Shown here: positions 38,031 through 49,545 of the stretch, piece by piece | Position numbering within the stretch: the first letter of the stretch is position 1 | Layout of the letters: the number at the start of each line of letters is the position of its first letter | Assembly (NCBI GenBank): GCA_964525755.1 | Contig: CAZGIK010000004.1 | Span: 85,293 to 149,292 of the forward strand | Source of the DNA: an uncultured Verrucomicrobiota bacterium | GTDB taxonomy: Bacteria; Verrucomicrobiota; Verrucomicrobiia; Limisphaerales; UBA9464 | DNA length: 64,000 nt | Reading direction: 5' to 3' | Translations under genes and position numbers: made by a program | The notes under the pieces: generated by a model | Database searches by the model: none | What the model was told of the DNA's origin: nothing | Seen by the model: the letters and a program-made list of their open reading frames with translations, nothing else

Positions 38031-38576
38031 ATGCGCATCGGACGTCTCCTGTCGGTCGCCCTGCTCCTGTTGCGGGGCACCTGGTCGGTGGTGCGGGCCG
38101 ACGAGGCCTCGACCGCGCCGCTGGACGAGTGGAAGGAGACGGTCCGGCGACGCTTCCCCGAGGTTCCGCAGCTGTCGACCGCCGAGCTGGCGCAGTGGCT
38201 GGCGCGCACCAACGGCCCGACCCCGGTGCTGCTCGATGTCCGGACCGCGCCCGAGTTCGCCGTGAGCCACCTGCCCGGCGCGGTGCGGGTCGACCCGAAA
38301 TCGAAACCCGCCGACCTCGGGCCGGGCCTGCCGGAGGACCGTCCGGTGGTGGTCTACTGCTCGGTCGGGTGGCGTTCCTCCGAGCTGGCCGACCGCCTGC
38401 GCCGGGCCGGCCGGACGAACATCTTCAACCTCGAGGGGTCGATCTTCGCCTGGGCCAACGAGGGCCGTCCGCTGGAGGCCCGCGGCCGGCCGGCGGAGCG
38501 GGTGCATCCGTACAACCGGACCTTCGGACGGCTGCTCCAGCCGCCGCTCCGGGCCGACGTCGGGGAGGAGCGGTGA
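38031..38576 (+). CDS. Secreted rhodanese-domain protein
   Basis: Track ORF 38028..38576 (GTG 38028 or ATG 38031). Signal peptide MRIGRLLSVALLLLRGTWSVVRA, then LLDVRTAPEFAVSHLPGA and the active-site loop VVYCSVGWRS. Confidence 0.8.
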   Translation: MRIGRLLSVALLLLRGTWSVVRADEASTAPLDEWKETVRRRFPEVPQLSTAELAQWLARTNGPTPVLLDVRTAPEFAVSHLPGAVRVDPKSKPADLGPGLPEDRPVVVYCSVGWRSSELADRLRRAGRTNIFNLEGSIFAWANEGRPLEARGRPAERVHPYNRTFGRLLQPPLRADVGEER

Positions 38577-39427
38577 ACGATCCGGCACCGGACTTGGGCC
38601 AGTTCCAGCAGTGGCGCGCGGTGGCGAGCCTCGGATGGCTCGCCCTGCTCCTGGCTTGGGAGACCGCCGCGCCATTCCTTCCCGAGTTCCCCCGGCTGCG
38701 CGACCGGCTCCGGCACGGCGTCCGCAACTACGCCATCGCCCTCCTGAACGCCGTCGTCGCCGGCCTCGGCTTCGCACTCGCCTGGAAGGCGGTCGCCGGC
38801 TGGGCCGACGCCCACCGGTTCGGCCTCCTCCACTGGATCCCCCTCCCCACCGCGGCCCAGGCCGTCGGGGCGGTCCTCCTCTTCGACCTCTGGACCTACC
38901 TCTGGCACCGGGCGGCCCACCGGCTGCCCCACCTGTGGATGTTCCACCGGATGCACCATTCGGATCCCCGGATGGACGTCACCACGGCGAACCGGTTCCA
39001 CGTGGTGGAGATCGGGATCTCGTCCGTCCTCCGCATCGGCCTCATCCCCCTGCTCGGCCTGCAGTTCTGGCACGTGGTGCTGTACGAGACGCTGCTCCAG
39101 GTCCTCGTGCAGCTGCAGCACGCCAACGTCGCCCTGCCCGGACCGGTCGAGCGGGTCATGCGCCGGGTGTTCGTCACCCCGGACATGCACAAGATCCACC
39201 ACTCCCGGTGGCAGCCGGAGACGGACTCGAACTACGCCTCCCTGTTCTCCTTCTGGGACCGGATCTTCGGCACGTACCGGATGCGTCCCGACCCGGAGAA
39301 CGTGGTGTTCGGCCTGGACGGCTACGACGACGACCGCCACCAGTCGGTGGCGGGCCTGCTGCGCACGCCGTTTCGGGAACCCGACGCACCCACCCCCCCC
39401 GCGTCCCCGACGTCCCCGGCACCCTGA
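38573..39427 (+). CDS. Fatty acid hydroxylase / sterol desaturase superfamily membrane di-iron enzyme
   Basis: Tail of track ORF 37892..39427. GTG 38573 overlaps the rhodanese stop (GTGA). Histidine boxes WHRAAH, HRMHH and HKIHH, with about 4 TM segments. Confidence 0.8.
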   Translation: MNDPAPDLGQFQQWRAVASLGWLALLLAWETAAPFLPEFPRLRDRLRHGVRNYAIALLNAVVAGLGFALAWKAVAGWADAHRFGLLHWIPLPTAAQAVGAVLLFDLWTYLWHRAAHRLPHLWMFHRMHHSDPRMDVTTANRFHVVEIGISSVLRIGLIPLLGLQFWHVVLYETLLQVLVQLQHANVALPGPVERVMRRVFVTPDMHKIHHSRWQPETDSNYASLFSFWDRIFGTYRMRPDPENVVFGLDGYDDDRHQSVAGLLRTPFREPDAPTPPASPTSPAP

Positions 39428-39434
39428 GCCCCGG

Positions 39435-40904
<1,470 letters not shown>

Positions 40905-40935
40905 GGCGGGAGGGACGGCGGTCGCTGGCGGCGGG

Positions 40936-41217
40936 CTATTCCACGATCTTGGGCACGACAAACAGGCCGCCGGCCCGGGCCGGCGCGTTCCGGAGCGCCT
41001 CGTCGCCCGACAGCGACGGCTCCACCACGTCGGGTCGCATCACGTTCACCATCGGAAACGCATGGGCGGTCGGCTCCACCCCCGACACGTCCACCTCCTT
41101 GAGCTTGGCGACGAAGCCGAGGATGTGGTCGAGTTGCTCGCCCAACCGCGCCTCCTCCTCCGGGCTCAGGGCGATCCGGGCCAGCCGGGCGACGTACTGG
41201 ATGTTGAAATCCGACAT
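40936..41217 (-). CDS. gatC: Glutamyl-tRNA(Gln) amidotransferase subunit C
   Basis: Track ORF, 93 aa: VARLARIALSPEEEARLGEQLDHILGFV. Confidence 0.9.
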   Translation of the reverse strand: MSDFNIQYVARLARIALSPEEEARLGEQLDHILGFVAKLKEVDVSGVEPTAHAFPMVNVMRPDVVEPSLSGDEALRNAPARAGGLFVVPKIVE

Positions 41218-41287
41218 GGGCGGCGAGTCTCCGTGGCGGTCCCGGCCGTGGCAAGTGCCGGTCGCGCCGCGCCCGCGGCGGATGCGG

Positions 41288-42595
41288 TCAGCCCCCCCCG
41301 GGGATCACATCCGCCCGGAGGTAGGGCCGCAGCGGCTCGGGGATCGCGATGGAGCCGTCCGCCTGCTGATGGGTCTCGACCAGGGCGACGAACAGCCGGG
41401 CCAGGGCGGTGCCGGATCCGTTCAGGATGTGCGGCAGCCGGTTGTCGCCGTCGACGGTCTTGTACCGGAGGTTCATCCGCCGCGCCTGGTAGTCCTCGCA
41501 GTTCGAGCAGCTCGACACCTCCAGGTACGCCCCCTGCCCCGGCGCCCAGACTTCGATGTCGTAGGTCTTGGCCGACGCGAACCCGAGGTCGCCAGTGCAC
41601 AGGCTGATCACGCGGTAGTGAAGCCCAAGCAGCTGCAGCACCCGTTCGGCGTGTCCCACCAGGGATTCCAGCGCCGCATAGCCGTCGGCCGGGTCGACCA
41701 CCTGGATCAGCTCGACCTTGTCGAACTGGTGCACCCGGATCATCCCGCGGGTCCCCAGCCCGGCCGCGCCGGCCTCGGCCCGGAAGCACGGGGAGTAGGC
41801 GCAGTAGCGGACCGGAAGGCGGTCGGCCGGGAGGATCTCCTCCCGATGGATGTTCGCCACCGGCGCCTCGGCGGTGGGGAGCAGGTAGAGGCGTCCGAGG
41901 GTGGAGGCGTCGAGGCCCTCCTGCACCGCGTAGGCCTGGTCCCGGAACTTGGGGAACTGGCCCACGCCGACCATGCAGTGCTCCCCGATGATGAACGGCG
42001 GGGCGACCTCGGTGTAGCCGTGTTCGTGCACGTGGAGATCGAGGAGGAACCCGGTCAGGGCCCGCTCCAGCCGGGCACCCCAGCCGGTGTAGAGCAGGAA
42101 GCCCGAGCCGCTCAGCTTGGCCCCGCGGGCGAAGTCGACCAGCCCCAGCCGCTCGCACAGCTCGACGTGGTTCCGGGGGGCGAAGGCGTACTCCGGACGG
42201 GTCCCGTGCACCCGGACCTCGGGATTGTCCGCGGCGTCGCGGCCGACCGGCACCGACGCATGGGGCAGGTTGGGAAGGCTCAGCAGGAGGGCGTCGCGCG
42301 CCGAGGCGGCCTCGTCGACGACGCGGTCCAGCTCGGCGATCCGGTCGCCGATCGTCCGGACCTCCGCCTTCCGCGACTCGGCGGTCTCCAGCTCCTTGCG
42401 CGCCATCAGCGCGCCGATCTCCTTCGAGGCCGCATTGCGCCGGGCCTTCAGCTGTTCCACCTCGGCCAGCGCGGCACGCCGACGGTCGTCGTACGCCAGC
42501 ACCTCGGCGACCTTCGCCTCGTCCCCGCCCAGGCGGAGCGCCAGCCGTTCGCGCACGAAATCCGGGTTCTCCCGCAGCAGCTTGATGTCGAGCAT
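41288..42595 (-). CDS. serS: Seryl-tRNA synthetase
   Basis: Last 435 aa of track ORF 41288..44140(-), starting at ATG 42595 (MLDIKLLRENPDFV). Class II motifs FRAEAG, RVHQFDKVE and LNGSGTALAR. Confidence 0.95.
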   Translation of the reverse strand: MLDIKLLRENPDFVRERLALRLGGDEAKVAEVLAYDDRRRAALAEVEQLKARRNAASKEIGALMARKELETAESRKAEVRTIGDRIAELDRVVDEAASARDALLLSLPNLPHASVPVGRDAADNPEVRVHGTRPEYAFAPRNHVELCERLGLVDFARGAKLSGSGFLLYTGWGARLERALTGFLLDLHVHEHGYTEVAPPFIIGEHCMVGVGQFPKFRDQAYAVQEGLDASTLGRLYLLPTAEAPVANIHREEILPADRLPVRYCAYSPCFRAEAGAAGLGTRGMIRVHQFDKVELIQVVDPADGYAALESLVGHAERVLQLLGLHYRVISLCTGDLGFASAKTYDIEVWAPGQGAYLEVSSCSNCEDYQARRMNLRYKTVDGDNRLPHILNGSGTALARLFVALVETHQQADGSIAIPEPLRPYLRADVIPGGG

Positions 42596-42688
42596 GGGCG
42601 GGAGAATGCGAACGGATGGGCGCGGGGCAACGCCGTTTTTGGGTTCCGGATTCCCGTCGGCACCAATCCCGGGTATTGCCGGGGCGGG

Positions 42689-44218
42689 ATGGCTCCCGAA
42701 CACGACCTGCTGATCGTCGGATCCGGATTCGGCGGAACGCTCCTCGCGATGATCGCCCGCCGGCTGGGCCTGCGGGTCCTGATCCTGGAGCGCGGACGGC
42801 ATCCGCGCTTCGCGATCGGGGAATCGTCCACGCCGCTGGCCGGCCTGCTGTGGGAGGAGATCGCCCGCGACCACGACCTGCCCCGCCTCCTGCCCCTGTC
42901 CAAGTGGGGCACCTGGCAGGCCGCCCGACCGGAATTGCCGGCCGGGATCAAGCGCGGCTTCAGCTTCGTCCACCATGTCCCGGGCGCGGACTGGCGTCCC
43001 GCCCCCGACCGGTCGAACACCCTCCTGGTCGCGGCGAGCCCGAACGAGCGGAGTGCCGACACCCAGTGGTACCGTCCGGCCCTCGACCATTTCCTCCTCC
43101 GGGAGGCGATCGGCCTTGGAGCGGACTATGTGGACCGGCTGGAGGTGACCCGGGTGGAGGAGGGGCCCCGGGGGATCCGGGTGCACGGGATGCGCGGGGA
43201 GCGTCCGCTGTCGTTCGAGGCCGGATGGCTGGTGGATGCGACCGGTCCACGCGGACTTCTCCACCGTCACCTGGGCCTCGGCGAGGAGCCCCTCGCGGGC
43301 ATGCCCGCCACCCGGGCGGTCTTCAGCCACTTTCGCGGGGTGGCCCGATGGGATGCCCTGCATCCCACCGGCGACGGGGCGCCGTTTCCGCCCGACGATG
43401 CCGCGCTCCATCACGTCTTCCCGGGGGGCTGGATCTGGGTGCTGCGGTTCAACAACGGGATCACCAGCGCCGGGGCGGTGCTCCAACAGGGACTCGCGTC
43501 GGAACTGGGCGCGGACACGCCCTGGGGTGTCTGGCGATGCCTCCTGGACCGCCTGCCGTCGGTGGCGGCGCAGTTCGCCCCGAGCCAGCCGGTCCGGGAG
43601 GCGGTCCGCGTCGAACCCCTGCCCTTCCGGACCTCCCGCGTGACGGGGTCCCGATGGGTCCTCCTGCCGGCCGCCGCCGGGTTCGTCGACCCCCTCCTCT
43701 CCACCGGCATCCCGCTCACGCTGCTCGGGGTCCAGCGCCTCGGCGCCTGGCTGGCCGCCGGCCAACCCCTGGAACGGCTCGATGCGTACGCGGTCGACAC
43801 CCTCGCCGACCTCGACGCGGTGGCGGCCCTGATGGGCGCGCTGCACGCGGTGATCGGACGCCCGGCCGCCTTCCAGTCGCTGACCCACCTCTACTTCGCC
43901 GCGGCCAGCTTCAGCGAGACCGCCCGTCGCCTCGGGCGCCCCGGCCTGGCCCCGGGCTTCCTGCTGCGGGAACATCCGGTGTTCGGCCACGACTGGAGCC
44001 GTCGACTGGCCGCCCTGCCCGGCCTGTCGGACGGGGCGATCGGGGCGGCGGTCCGGGAATGGATCCGGCCGGTGAACATTGCGGGCCTCGCCGACGACCG
44101 GCGGGGCAACTGGTATCCCGCCCTGGCGTCGGACCTGCACGCGGCAGCGGACCTCCTGGGAGGCGCCTCCCGGGGGGAGATCGACGCGATGCTGGCCCGG
44201 GCGGGATTTGTCGGCTGA
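42689..44218 (+). CDS. FAD-dependent oxidoreductase (flavin monooxygenase / halogenase-like fold); substrate unknown
   Basis: Tail of track ORF 40949..44218, starting at ATG 42689. Dinucleotide fold DLLIVGSGFGGTLLA and a GGWIWVLRF block resembling the GWxWxIP region of flavin-dependent halogenase-family proteins. Confidence 0.65.
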   Translation: MAPEHDLLIVGSGFGGTLLAMIARRLGLRVLILERGRHPRFAIGESSTPLAGLLWEEIARDHDLPRLLPLSKWGTWQAARPELPAGIKRGFSFVHHVPGADWRPAPDRSNTLLVAASPNERSADTQWYRPALDHFLLREAIGLGADYVDRLEVTRVEEGPRGIRVHGMRGERPLSFEAGWLVDATGPRGLLHRHLGLGEEPLAGMPATRAVFSHFRGVARWDALHPTGDGAPFPPDDAALHHVFPGGWIWVLRFNNGITSAGAVLQQGLASELGADTPWGVWRCLLDRLPSVAAQFAPSQPVREAVRVEPLPFRTSRVTGSRWVLLPAAAGFVDPLLSTGIPLTLLGVQRLGAWLAAGQPLERLDAYAVDTLADLDAVAALMGALHAVIGRPAAFQSLTHLYFAAASFSETARRLGRPGLAPGFLLREHPVFGHDWSRRLAALPGLSDGAIGAAVREWIRPVNIAGLADDRRGNWYPALASDLHAAADLLGGASRGEIDAMLARAGFVG

Positions 44219-44256
44219 CTCCCCGGAGCGTCAGCCGGCCGAGTCCGGCCACCGGG

Positions 44257-47200
44257 TCACTTCCGGGCGACCCACGCCACGGCGTTCCGCAACAGACGCT
44301 GATAGGCCGGGTGGCTGTGGGCCACGCCGTCGTGGCCGAGGGTGATCCCGGCGATGCGCGCCGTGTCGTGCGCCACCGTGAACACCTGCGGATAGGTGCG
44401 GTCCTTGGACTTCGAGTGGGCGGTGGCGAGGACGTGGATCTTCGCCCCGGCCGGGTCGGCGTCGAAGTAGTACAGCTCGTCGGCGAGGGTGAACTCGGGG
44501 GGGACGTCGCGCACCAGCGGATGACCCGGCTCGATCACCGCCACCCGGAACTCGCCGTAGCGGTCGTGCCCGCGCGCACCGCCCCCGGCGAGGGTCCGGT
44601 TGTACTCCGGCCAGTCGGCCCAGTTGTACCACAGGCCCGGATGGAGCAGGACGAGGCCCTTGCCGGCCTCGGCATGGGCGAACACCGCCTTCCGCACCTC
44701 CGGATCGGGAAACGCCTTGTTCGCGCTGATCACCAGCACGTCCGCCGCCTGGACGTCGGCCGCCACAAGGTCCTGGGGCTCGCGGTAGTGGGTGTCGATC
44801 CCCCCGGTCTCGTTCAGCATCCGGACGTCCGCCAGGTTGAACCACCGGTTGTAGTCGTGCGAGGCACCGCCGCCGATGAGCAGCACCTTGAGGCCCTCGC
44901 CCCAGGTCACCGTGGCCGCCTTGGCCGCCGGCTTCGCGGCCGCGGGGGCCGCAGCCGGGGCGGCCGGGGCCGGCCGGGCCTCGCCCAGCTCAGCGGTGAT
45001 TCCGAAGAAGGTCGGCGCCACGGCGTTGTCGTAGCTTTCCAGCACGAGCTTCTCGATCACCCCGGGGACGGTCACATCCTTGCTGAACCACCGGATCTGG
45101 CCCGGCCCGCGGGTCCAGTTCAGGCGCTGGGAACCGTCGACGTCGGGCCGGCCCCGGTAGTCGGCGATCTCCACGCCGTTCCGGAGGACGATCTCCTGGG
45201 TCCTGCCCCCGGCGAACACCAGGGTCACCCGGACCGCGTCGATCTTCTCGGAGACGGCCGGATGTCCCCATCCGGCGATACCGCCCAGGAAGTGGAGACG
45301 GCTGGCGGCAACCCCCACGGGGATCTCCACCCGCTGCGGGAGGGTCCGACGCGACCAGGAATCCCGGGCGCCGCCCTTGAGGACGATGACGTTGGCACCG
45401 GCCTTTTCGGGGCTGATGACATCGAAGGGAACCTCCCCGGCGCGGCGGATGCCGTAGCGGTTGAACGTGACGGTGTCGTCGGGGTTCTCGGGGGTGATGT
45501 ACAGACCGCGGGCGCTGTTCGCGGTGAAGGCCTTGGTCAGGTCGAGGATCCGGAACCGGCTGTCGTCGGCACACAGGTACGCCAGCAGGTCCCGCAACGC
45601 CTCGTCGCCCAGCGTCTCGAAACCCTCGGGCATCAGGGAACGTCCGGTGGACACCTTGGACACGATCTCCGAGGTGCGCAGGGTGTGGTCGGTGGTCGCG
45701 TCGCGCAGCACCACCTCGGAGGCGTTCTCCCGGTCGATGATGCCGTTGTACTGGTCGCCCGAACGGGTCTCGATGCCGTAGGCGATGAAGTTCGCCTCCA
45801 CCACGCGGTTGGGGTCGACGATGTGGATGAGCAGGTCGGCGGGGCCATGGGCGCCCATGCCGGTCAGGTCGGGGGCCAGGTTGCGCCCCTCGCCCTTGTA
45901 CACATGGCAGCCCGCACAGTTGGCGGCGTAGAGTTCCCGGCCCTTGGCGACGTCACCCGGCCGGGTGACCACCGGGGTCAGGCGCGCGATCAGGGCATCC
46001 TTCTCCTTGGCTTCGGGCCCGCGCAGCCCCTCGATCACCGCCTCCGCCCGCTTCGCCAGCGCCGTGTCGCCATGGGTCCGCAGCCGGTGCAGCCGGGCGG
46101 GCCCCAGGGTCATGGCATCGACGCGCTTCGCCTCGATCGCATCGAGGAACGTCGCCGTGGATCCGGTCCGCTTGATCACCTGGCCGAAGGCGGGCTCGAG
46201 GAGCGCCGCGCGCAGCCGGGGGAACGCCCCGACCAGGGCGTCGCCGCCCTCGGGCACCGTGCCCAGGGCGTCGATCACCAGCTTCTGGAGCGCGTCGCTG
46301 GCATCGGACCCGAGGATGCCCGCAAGGGCCGGCAGGATCGACGCGTCGAGGGACCGGAGGGCCACCAGGTTGGCGGCGGTGCGACCCCGCTGGGCGTCGG
46401 GAAGCCCGGCGTCCTTCAGCGACGCCAGCGCCCGGCCCACGGCCGGACGCAGCTCGGCCGACAGGGCGTCGGCCAGGTTCCACCGGGCCACCAGCGGCAG
46501 GGCTGAACCGGCGGTGCGCTCCCCGCCGAGGAGCGACCGCAGGGCGGCCTGGAGCGGGGCGGTCGGGGACGGCCGGACATCAGCCGCCAGGCGGTCGGCC
46601 AACGCCTCGAGGGCGACAGCCTTCAGGGCGTCGGTGGCGGCCGGCTGACGCGCCAGCAATTCCACCGCACGGGCCGCGAGCGGGGCGTCGCCGCGGTTCG
46701 CAACCAGCCGCGCCAGATGGGGCATCAGGTCGGCGAGGAACGCGGGATCGGCCGACTGGAAGGCCGCCTCGAGGTAGAGGATCGGGTCCGCCGAAGCGGC
46801 GGCCACCGCGGCCGACTGGCGCCACTTGTCGTCCTTGAGCGACGGCCAGGCCGCCACCACGGCCCGGGCGAGGGCCGGCGAGGGCTTGAGGTCGGATGCG
46901 GCCATCAGGGCGTTGATCTGGACCCGGCCATGGGAATCACGCAGCGCGGCGATGACCCCTTCCTCGGCCACCCGGGCCCGCTCGGCGGCGTCGCCTCCCA
47001 CCCGGGTTCCCTCCCCCAGGGCGGCGGCCACCCGCAGGACATTGATCCGGACCGCCGGATCGGCGTCGGCCATCAGCGCACGGGCCACATCGGCATCCCA
47101 GGCCACCTCATGGGTCCGGGCCAGGTTCGCGTACAGCCACAGGGCCTGGATCCGGGCGAAGGCCGACGCCTCGCGGTCCATGATGAGTTCGCCGAGATCC

Positions 47201-49416
47201 TCCTGGACCGACGCCAGGCGGTCGGGGCGCTCCACCAGCAGGCGGTTGGCCGTGGTGCGGACCCAGCCGTTGGGATGCCGGAGCATGGCGACCAGTCCGG
47301 CCGGGTCGGCCGGGTCGAGCCGGAACGCGGGCAGCGCCCGGGCCTCGCGATGCTGGATCCGGTAGAGCCGGGTGAAGTGATGGTCGCGGTCCGGCCGGGT
47401 GGCGGCGTTGCGGGCGCCATGGGCCGGCCCCCGGGTGTCGTTGTGGACGGCGATCTGGTTGTAGAAATCGACCAGGTACAGGGCGCCGTCGGGTCCGACC
47501 CGGCTGTGGATCGGCCGGAACCAGTAGTCCGGTCCGCCGGTCAGGAACTCCTTGTCCTTCCGTCCGTCCTCCTTGCGGCCCTGGAAGGTGGCCCCGGCCG
47601 GATCGAGGAACTGGTGGTGGAAGAGGTGCATGGTGGCCTCGCTCATGAAGAACGAGTAGCGCCCCTCGGGCGCCCACTTGCCCGGCCAGGCGCCACCGTC
47701 ATAGACCGTCGCCCCCGCGGCCGCCGTCCACGCACCCACCCAGTCGATCTGGACGTACGGCTGACGCTTCTCGGCGAACGGCGGGAAGATCTTGTTCTCC
47801 TCGATGATGTTCTTCCACGCGGTGACCCCGCCGACATTGCCCCGGGCCAGGTACCGCTCGGGCACCACCACATGGAGGATCGGCGTGCCGCAGGTCGCCG
47901 TGGTGTAGATCACCTCGTTGTCCGGGGTGATGTCGATGCCCCACGTGTTGCAGCCGTTGGCGGAAACCTGCTCGATCGCCGACCCGTCGGGCCGGAACCG
48001 GAACGCGCCGGCCGAGAACTCGCCGAAGGAACGGCGTCCGTCGCCGGACTTCACGTTGCCCCGGGTGTAGCCCACCGTGCCGTAGACCCAGCCGTCGAGA
48101 CCCCACTTGAAGTTGTTGATGACGGCATGGGTGTCGAACGTGCCCCAGCCGGTGAACAGGGTCTCCACCTTGTCGGCCCGGCCGTCGCCGTTGGTGTCCC
48201 GGATCCACAGGATGTCGGGCGCCTGAGAGACGATCACGCCGTCCTTGTAGAAGACCAGCGACGTGGGCAGCTCCAACCCGTCGGCAAAGACCGTCTTCCG
48301 GTCCATCACCCCGTCGCCGTTGGTGTCCTCGAGGATCGACACCCGGTCCTTCGGCTTGCGCGATTCGCGGGCGCCGGCGGGGTAGCGGTCGGGATCCAGC
48401 CGACGGTTCCAGTAGGCCTTGAAGTCGTTCTTGTTGACGTCGAGCCCGCCCGGGTACTCGGGGGTCTCGACCACCCACAGGCGGCCCTGCGGGTCCCAGT
48501 CGAGCGACATGATCTTCTCGGCCACGTTCTCGTCGGCGGCCAGCGTCACCCCGAACTCCGGATGCACATCCATCTTGGCCATGGCGAGGGTCGCCGGCAG
48601 CGGACCGCCCTCGGGATAGCGCAGGGAGTTCAGCTCCTCGGGCCGGCACAGCGCGTCGGTGTTGGCCATCCCGCCCGCCCAGGCGATCCCGCGCAGCAGG
48701 ACGGCCCGGTAATGGGGCGTGTTGAACACGTCGTATTCATGGCCCGGCAGGCTGACGAATGCGCGGTACGGGCGCTCGCCGCCGGGTCGGGTCTTCTCGT
48801 AGGTCCACATCTGGGGCCAGATGTTGAAGACGTCGACGAAGCTCTGGGCCAGCACCCGGACGTCGTCTGCCATGTCCATCTGGTTGTAGACCTCGTCCTT
48901 CCAGTCGAAGTTGGACAGCCCGCGGGTGATGGGGTGGTCGGCATCGACGACATACACGCCGACCTCGCCCTCATGCCACGTGGTGCCGGCCTTGTCGGGC
49001 GCGTTCCGCTTCCAGATCCACGCGCCGCCGATGACCTCCTTGCACCAGACGTGCTGGTCGTCGGAGACCACGCCGTCGTGCAGCACCACCACCCCGCCGC
49101 CGCGCCGGAGGAACGTCTCGAAGTGCTCCCGCTCGGCCCCGACGATCTTCATCCCGTCGGCGGCGTAGATCACGAGCACGTCGGTCTCCGCCAACTGTTC
49201 CGCGGTGGGGAAGGTCATCGCCCCCGACACCTTCACCCCGCGTTCGCCCAGCAGGCGGGTCCAATCGCCGAGGAACCGGGGATGGTCGTGCTGGTTGGGG
49301 CCGTGGGTCTTGATGCCGCCGCGGATGAACACCCGCAGCGGCTCGGCGGCGGCCGCGGGCAGGCAGGCGAGGAGCAGGCCAAGGAGGCCGGCAAGAAGTC
49401 GGATTCGTGCGCTCAT
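44257..49416 (-). CDS. 1,719-aa secreted multidomain protein: ThuA-like, then PVC-type membrane-bound-dehydrogenase beta-propeller domain, HEAT repeats, CxxCH heme-binding domain, an unknown beta-rich domain, and a second ThuA-like domain
   Basis: Frame of track ORF 44257..49539(-). ATG 49416 gives the signal peptide MSARIRLLAGLLGLLLACLPAAAA.
- ThuA blocks are at aa 26-248 and 1505-1719.
- The dehydrogenase-domain block is MSLDWDPQGRLWVVETPEYPGG...LEDTNGDGVMD...IRDTNGDGRAD.
- The heme motif CAGCH lies at nt 45904-45918, within GRELYAANCAGCHVYKGEG...SLMPEG. Confidence 0.8.
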   Translation of the reverse strand: MSARIRLLAGLLGLLLACLPAAAAEPLRVFIRGGIKTHGPNQHDHPRFLGDWTRLLGERGVKVSGAMTFPTAEQLAETDVLVIYAADGMKIVGAEREHFETFLRRGGGVVVLHDGVVSDDQHVWCKEVIGGAWIWKRNAPDKAGTTWHEGEVGVYVVDADHPITRGLSNFDWKDEVYNQMDMADDVRVLAQSFVDVFNIWPQMWTYEKTRPGGERPYRAFVSLPGHEYDVFNTPHYRAVLLRGIAWAGGMANTDALCRPEELNSLRYPEGGPLPATLAMAKMDVHPEFGVTLAADENVAEKIMSLDWDPQGRLWVVETPEYPGGLDVNKNDFKAYWNRRLDPDRYPAGARESRKPKDRVSILEDTNGDGVMDRKTVFADGLELPTSLVFYKDGVIVSQAPDILWIRDTNGDGRADKVETLFTGWGTFDTHAVINNFKWGLDGWVYGTVGYTRGNVKSGDGRRSFGEFSAGAFRFRPDGSAIEQVSANGCNTWGIDITPDNEVIYTTATCGTPILHVVVPERYLARGNVGGVTAWKNIIEENKIFPPFAEKRQPYVQIDWVGAWTAAAGATVYDGGAWPGKWAPEGRYSFFMSEATMHLFHHQFLDPAGATFQGRKEDGRKDKEFLTGGPDYWFRPIHSRVGPDGALYLVDFYNQIAVHNDTRGPAHGARNAATRPDRDHHFTRLYRIQHREARALPAFRLDPADPAGLVAMLRHPNGWVRTTANRLLVERPDRLASVQEDLGELIMDREASAFARIQALWLYANLARTHEVAWDADVARALMADADPAVRINVLRVAAALGEGTRVGGDAAERARVAEEGVIAALRDSHGRVQINALMAASDLKPSPALARAVVAAWPSLKDDKWRQSAAVAAASADPILYLEAAFQSADPAFLADLMPHLARLVANRGDAPLAARAVELLARQPAATDALKAVALEALADRLAADVRPSPTAPLQAALRSLLGGERTAGSALPLVARWNLADALSAELRPAVGRALASLKDAGLPDAQRGRTAANLVALRSLDASILPALAGILGSDASDALQKLVIDALGTVPEGGDALVGAFPRLRAALLEPAFGQVIKRTGSTATFLDAIEAKRVDAMTLGPARLHRLRTHGDTALAKRAEAVIEGLRGPEAKEKDALIARLTPVVTRPGDVAKGRELYAANCAGCHVYKGEGRNLAPDLTGMGAHGPADLLIHIVDPNRVVEANFIAYGIETRSGDQYNGIIDRENASEVVLRDATTDHTLRTSEIVSKVSTGRSLMPEGFETLGDEALRDLLAYLCADDSRFRILDLTKAFTANSARGLYITPENPDDTVTFNRYGIRRAGEVPFDVISPEKAGANVIVLKGGARDSWSRRTLPQRVEIPVGVAASRLHFLGGIAGWGHPAVSEKIDAVRVTLVFAGGRTQEIVLRNGVEIADYRGRPDVDGSQRLNWTRGPGQIRWFSKDVTVPGVIEKLVLESYDNAVAPTFFGITAELGEARPAPAAPAAAPAAAKPAAKAATVTWGEGLKVLLIGGGASHDYNRWFNLADVRMLNETGGIDTHYREPQDLVAADVQAADVLVISANKAFPDPEVRKAVFAHAEAGKGLVLLHPGLWYNWADWPEYNRTLAGGGARGHDRYGEFRVAVIEPGHPLVRDVPPEFTLADELYYFDADPAGAKIHVLATAHSKSKDRTYPQVFTVAHDTARIAGITLGHDGVAHSHPAYQRLLRNAVAWVARK

Positions 49417-49545
49417 GGGTCCAGTCAGATCCGTTCCCGTCCGGTCGCCACCCACCCACCCGACGCAGGGCGCCGGGCGGGCATGGGCCGGGACGACGGA
49501 AACCCGGCCACCCAAGCACCGGAACGGGTCCGCGTCCATGCATCA

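Noticed and set aside
42689-44218. Calling the FAD-dependent enzyme a tryptophan/flavin-dependent halogenase
   Set aside because: Only the dinucleotide-binding fold and a GWxWxxxF-like block are visible. I cannot verify the catalytic lysine or other halogenase-specific residues by eye, so I kept the call as a generic FAD-dependent oxidoreductase.
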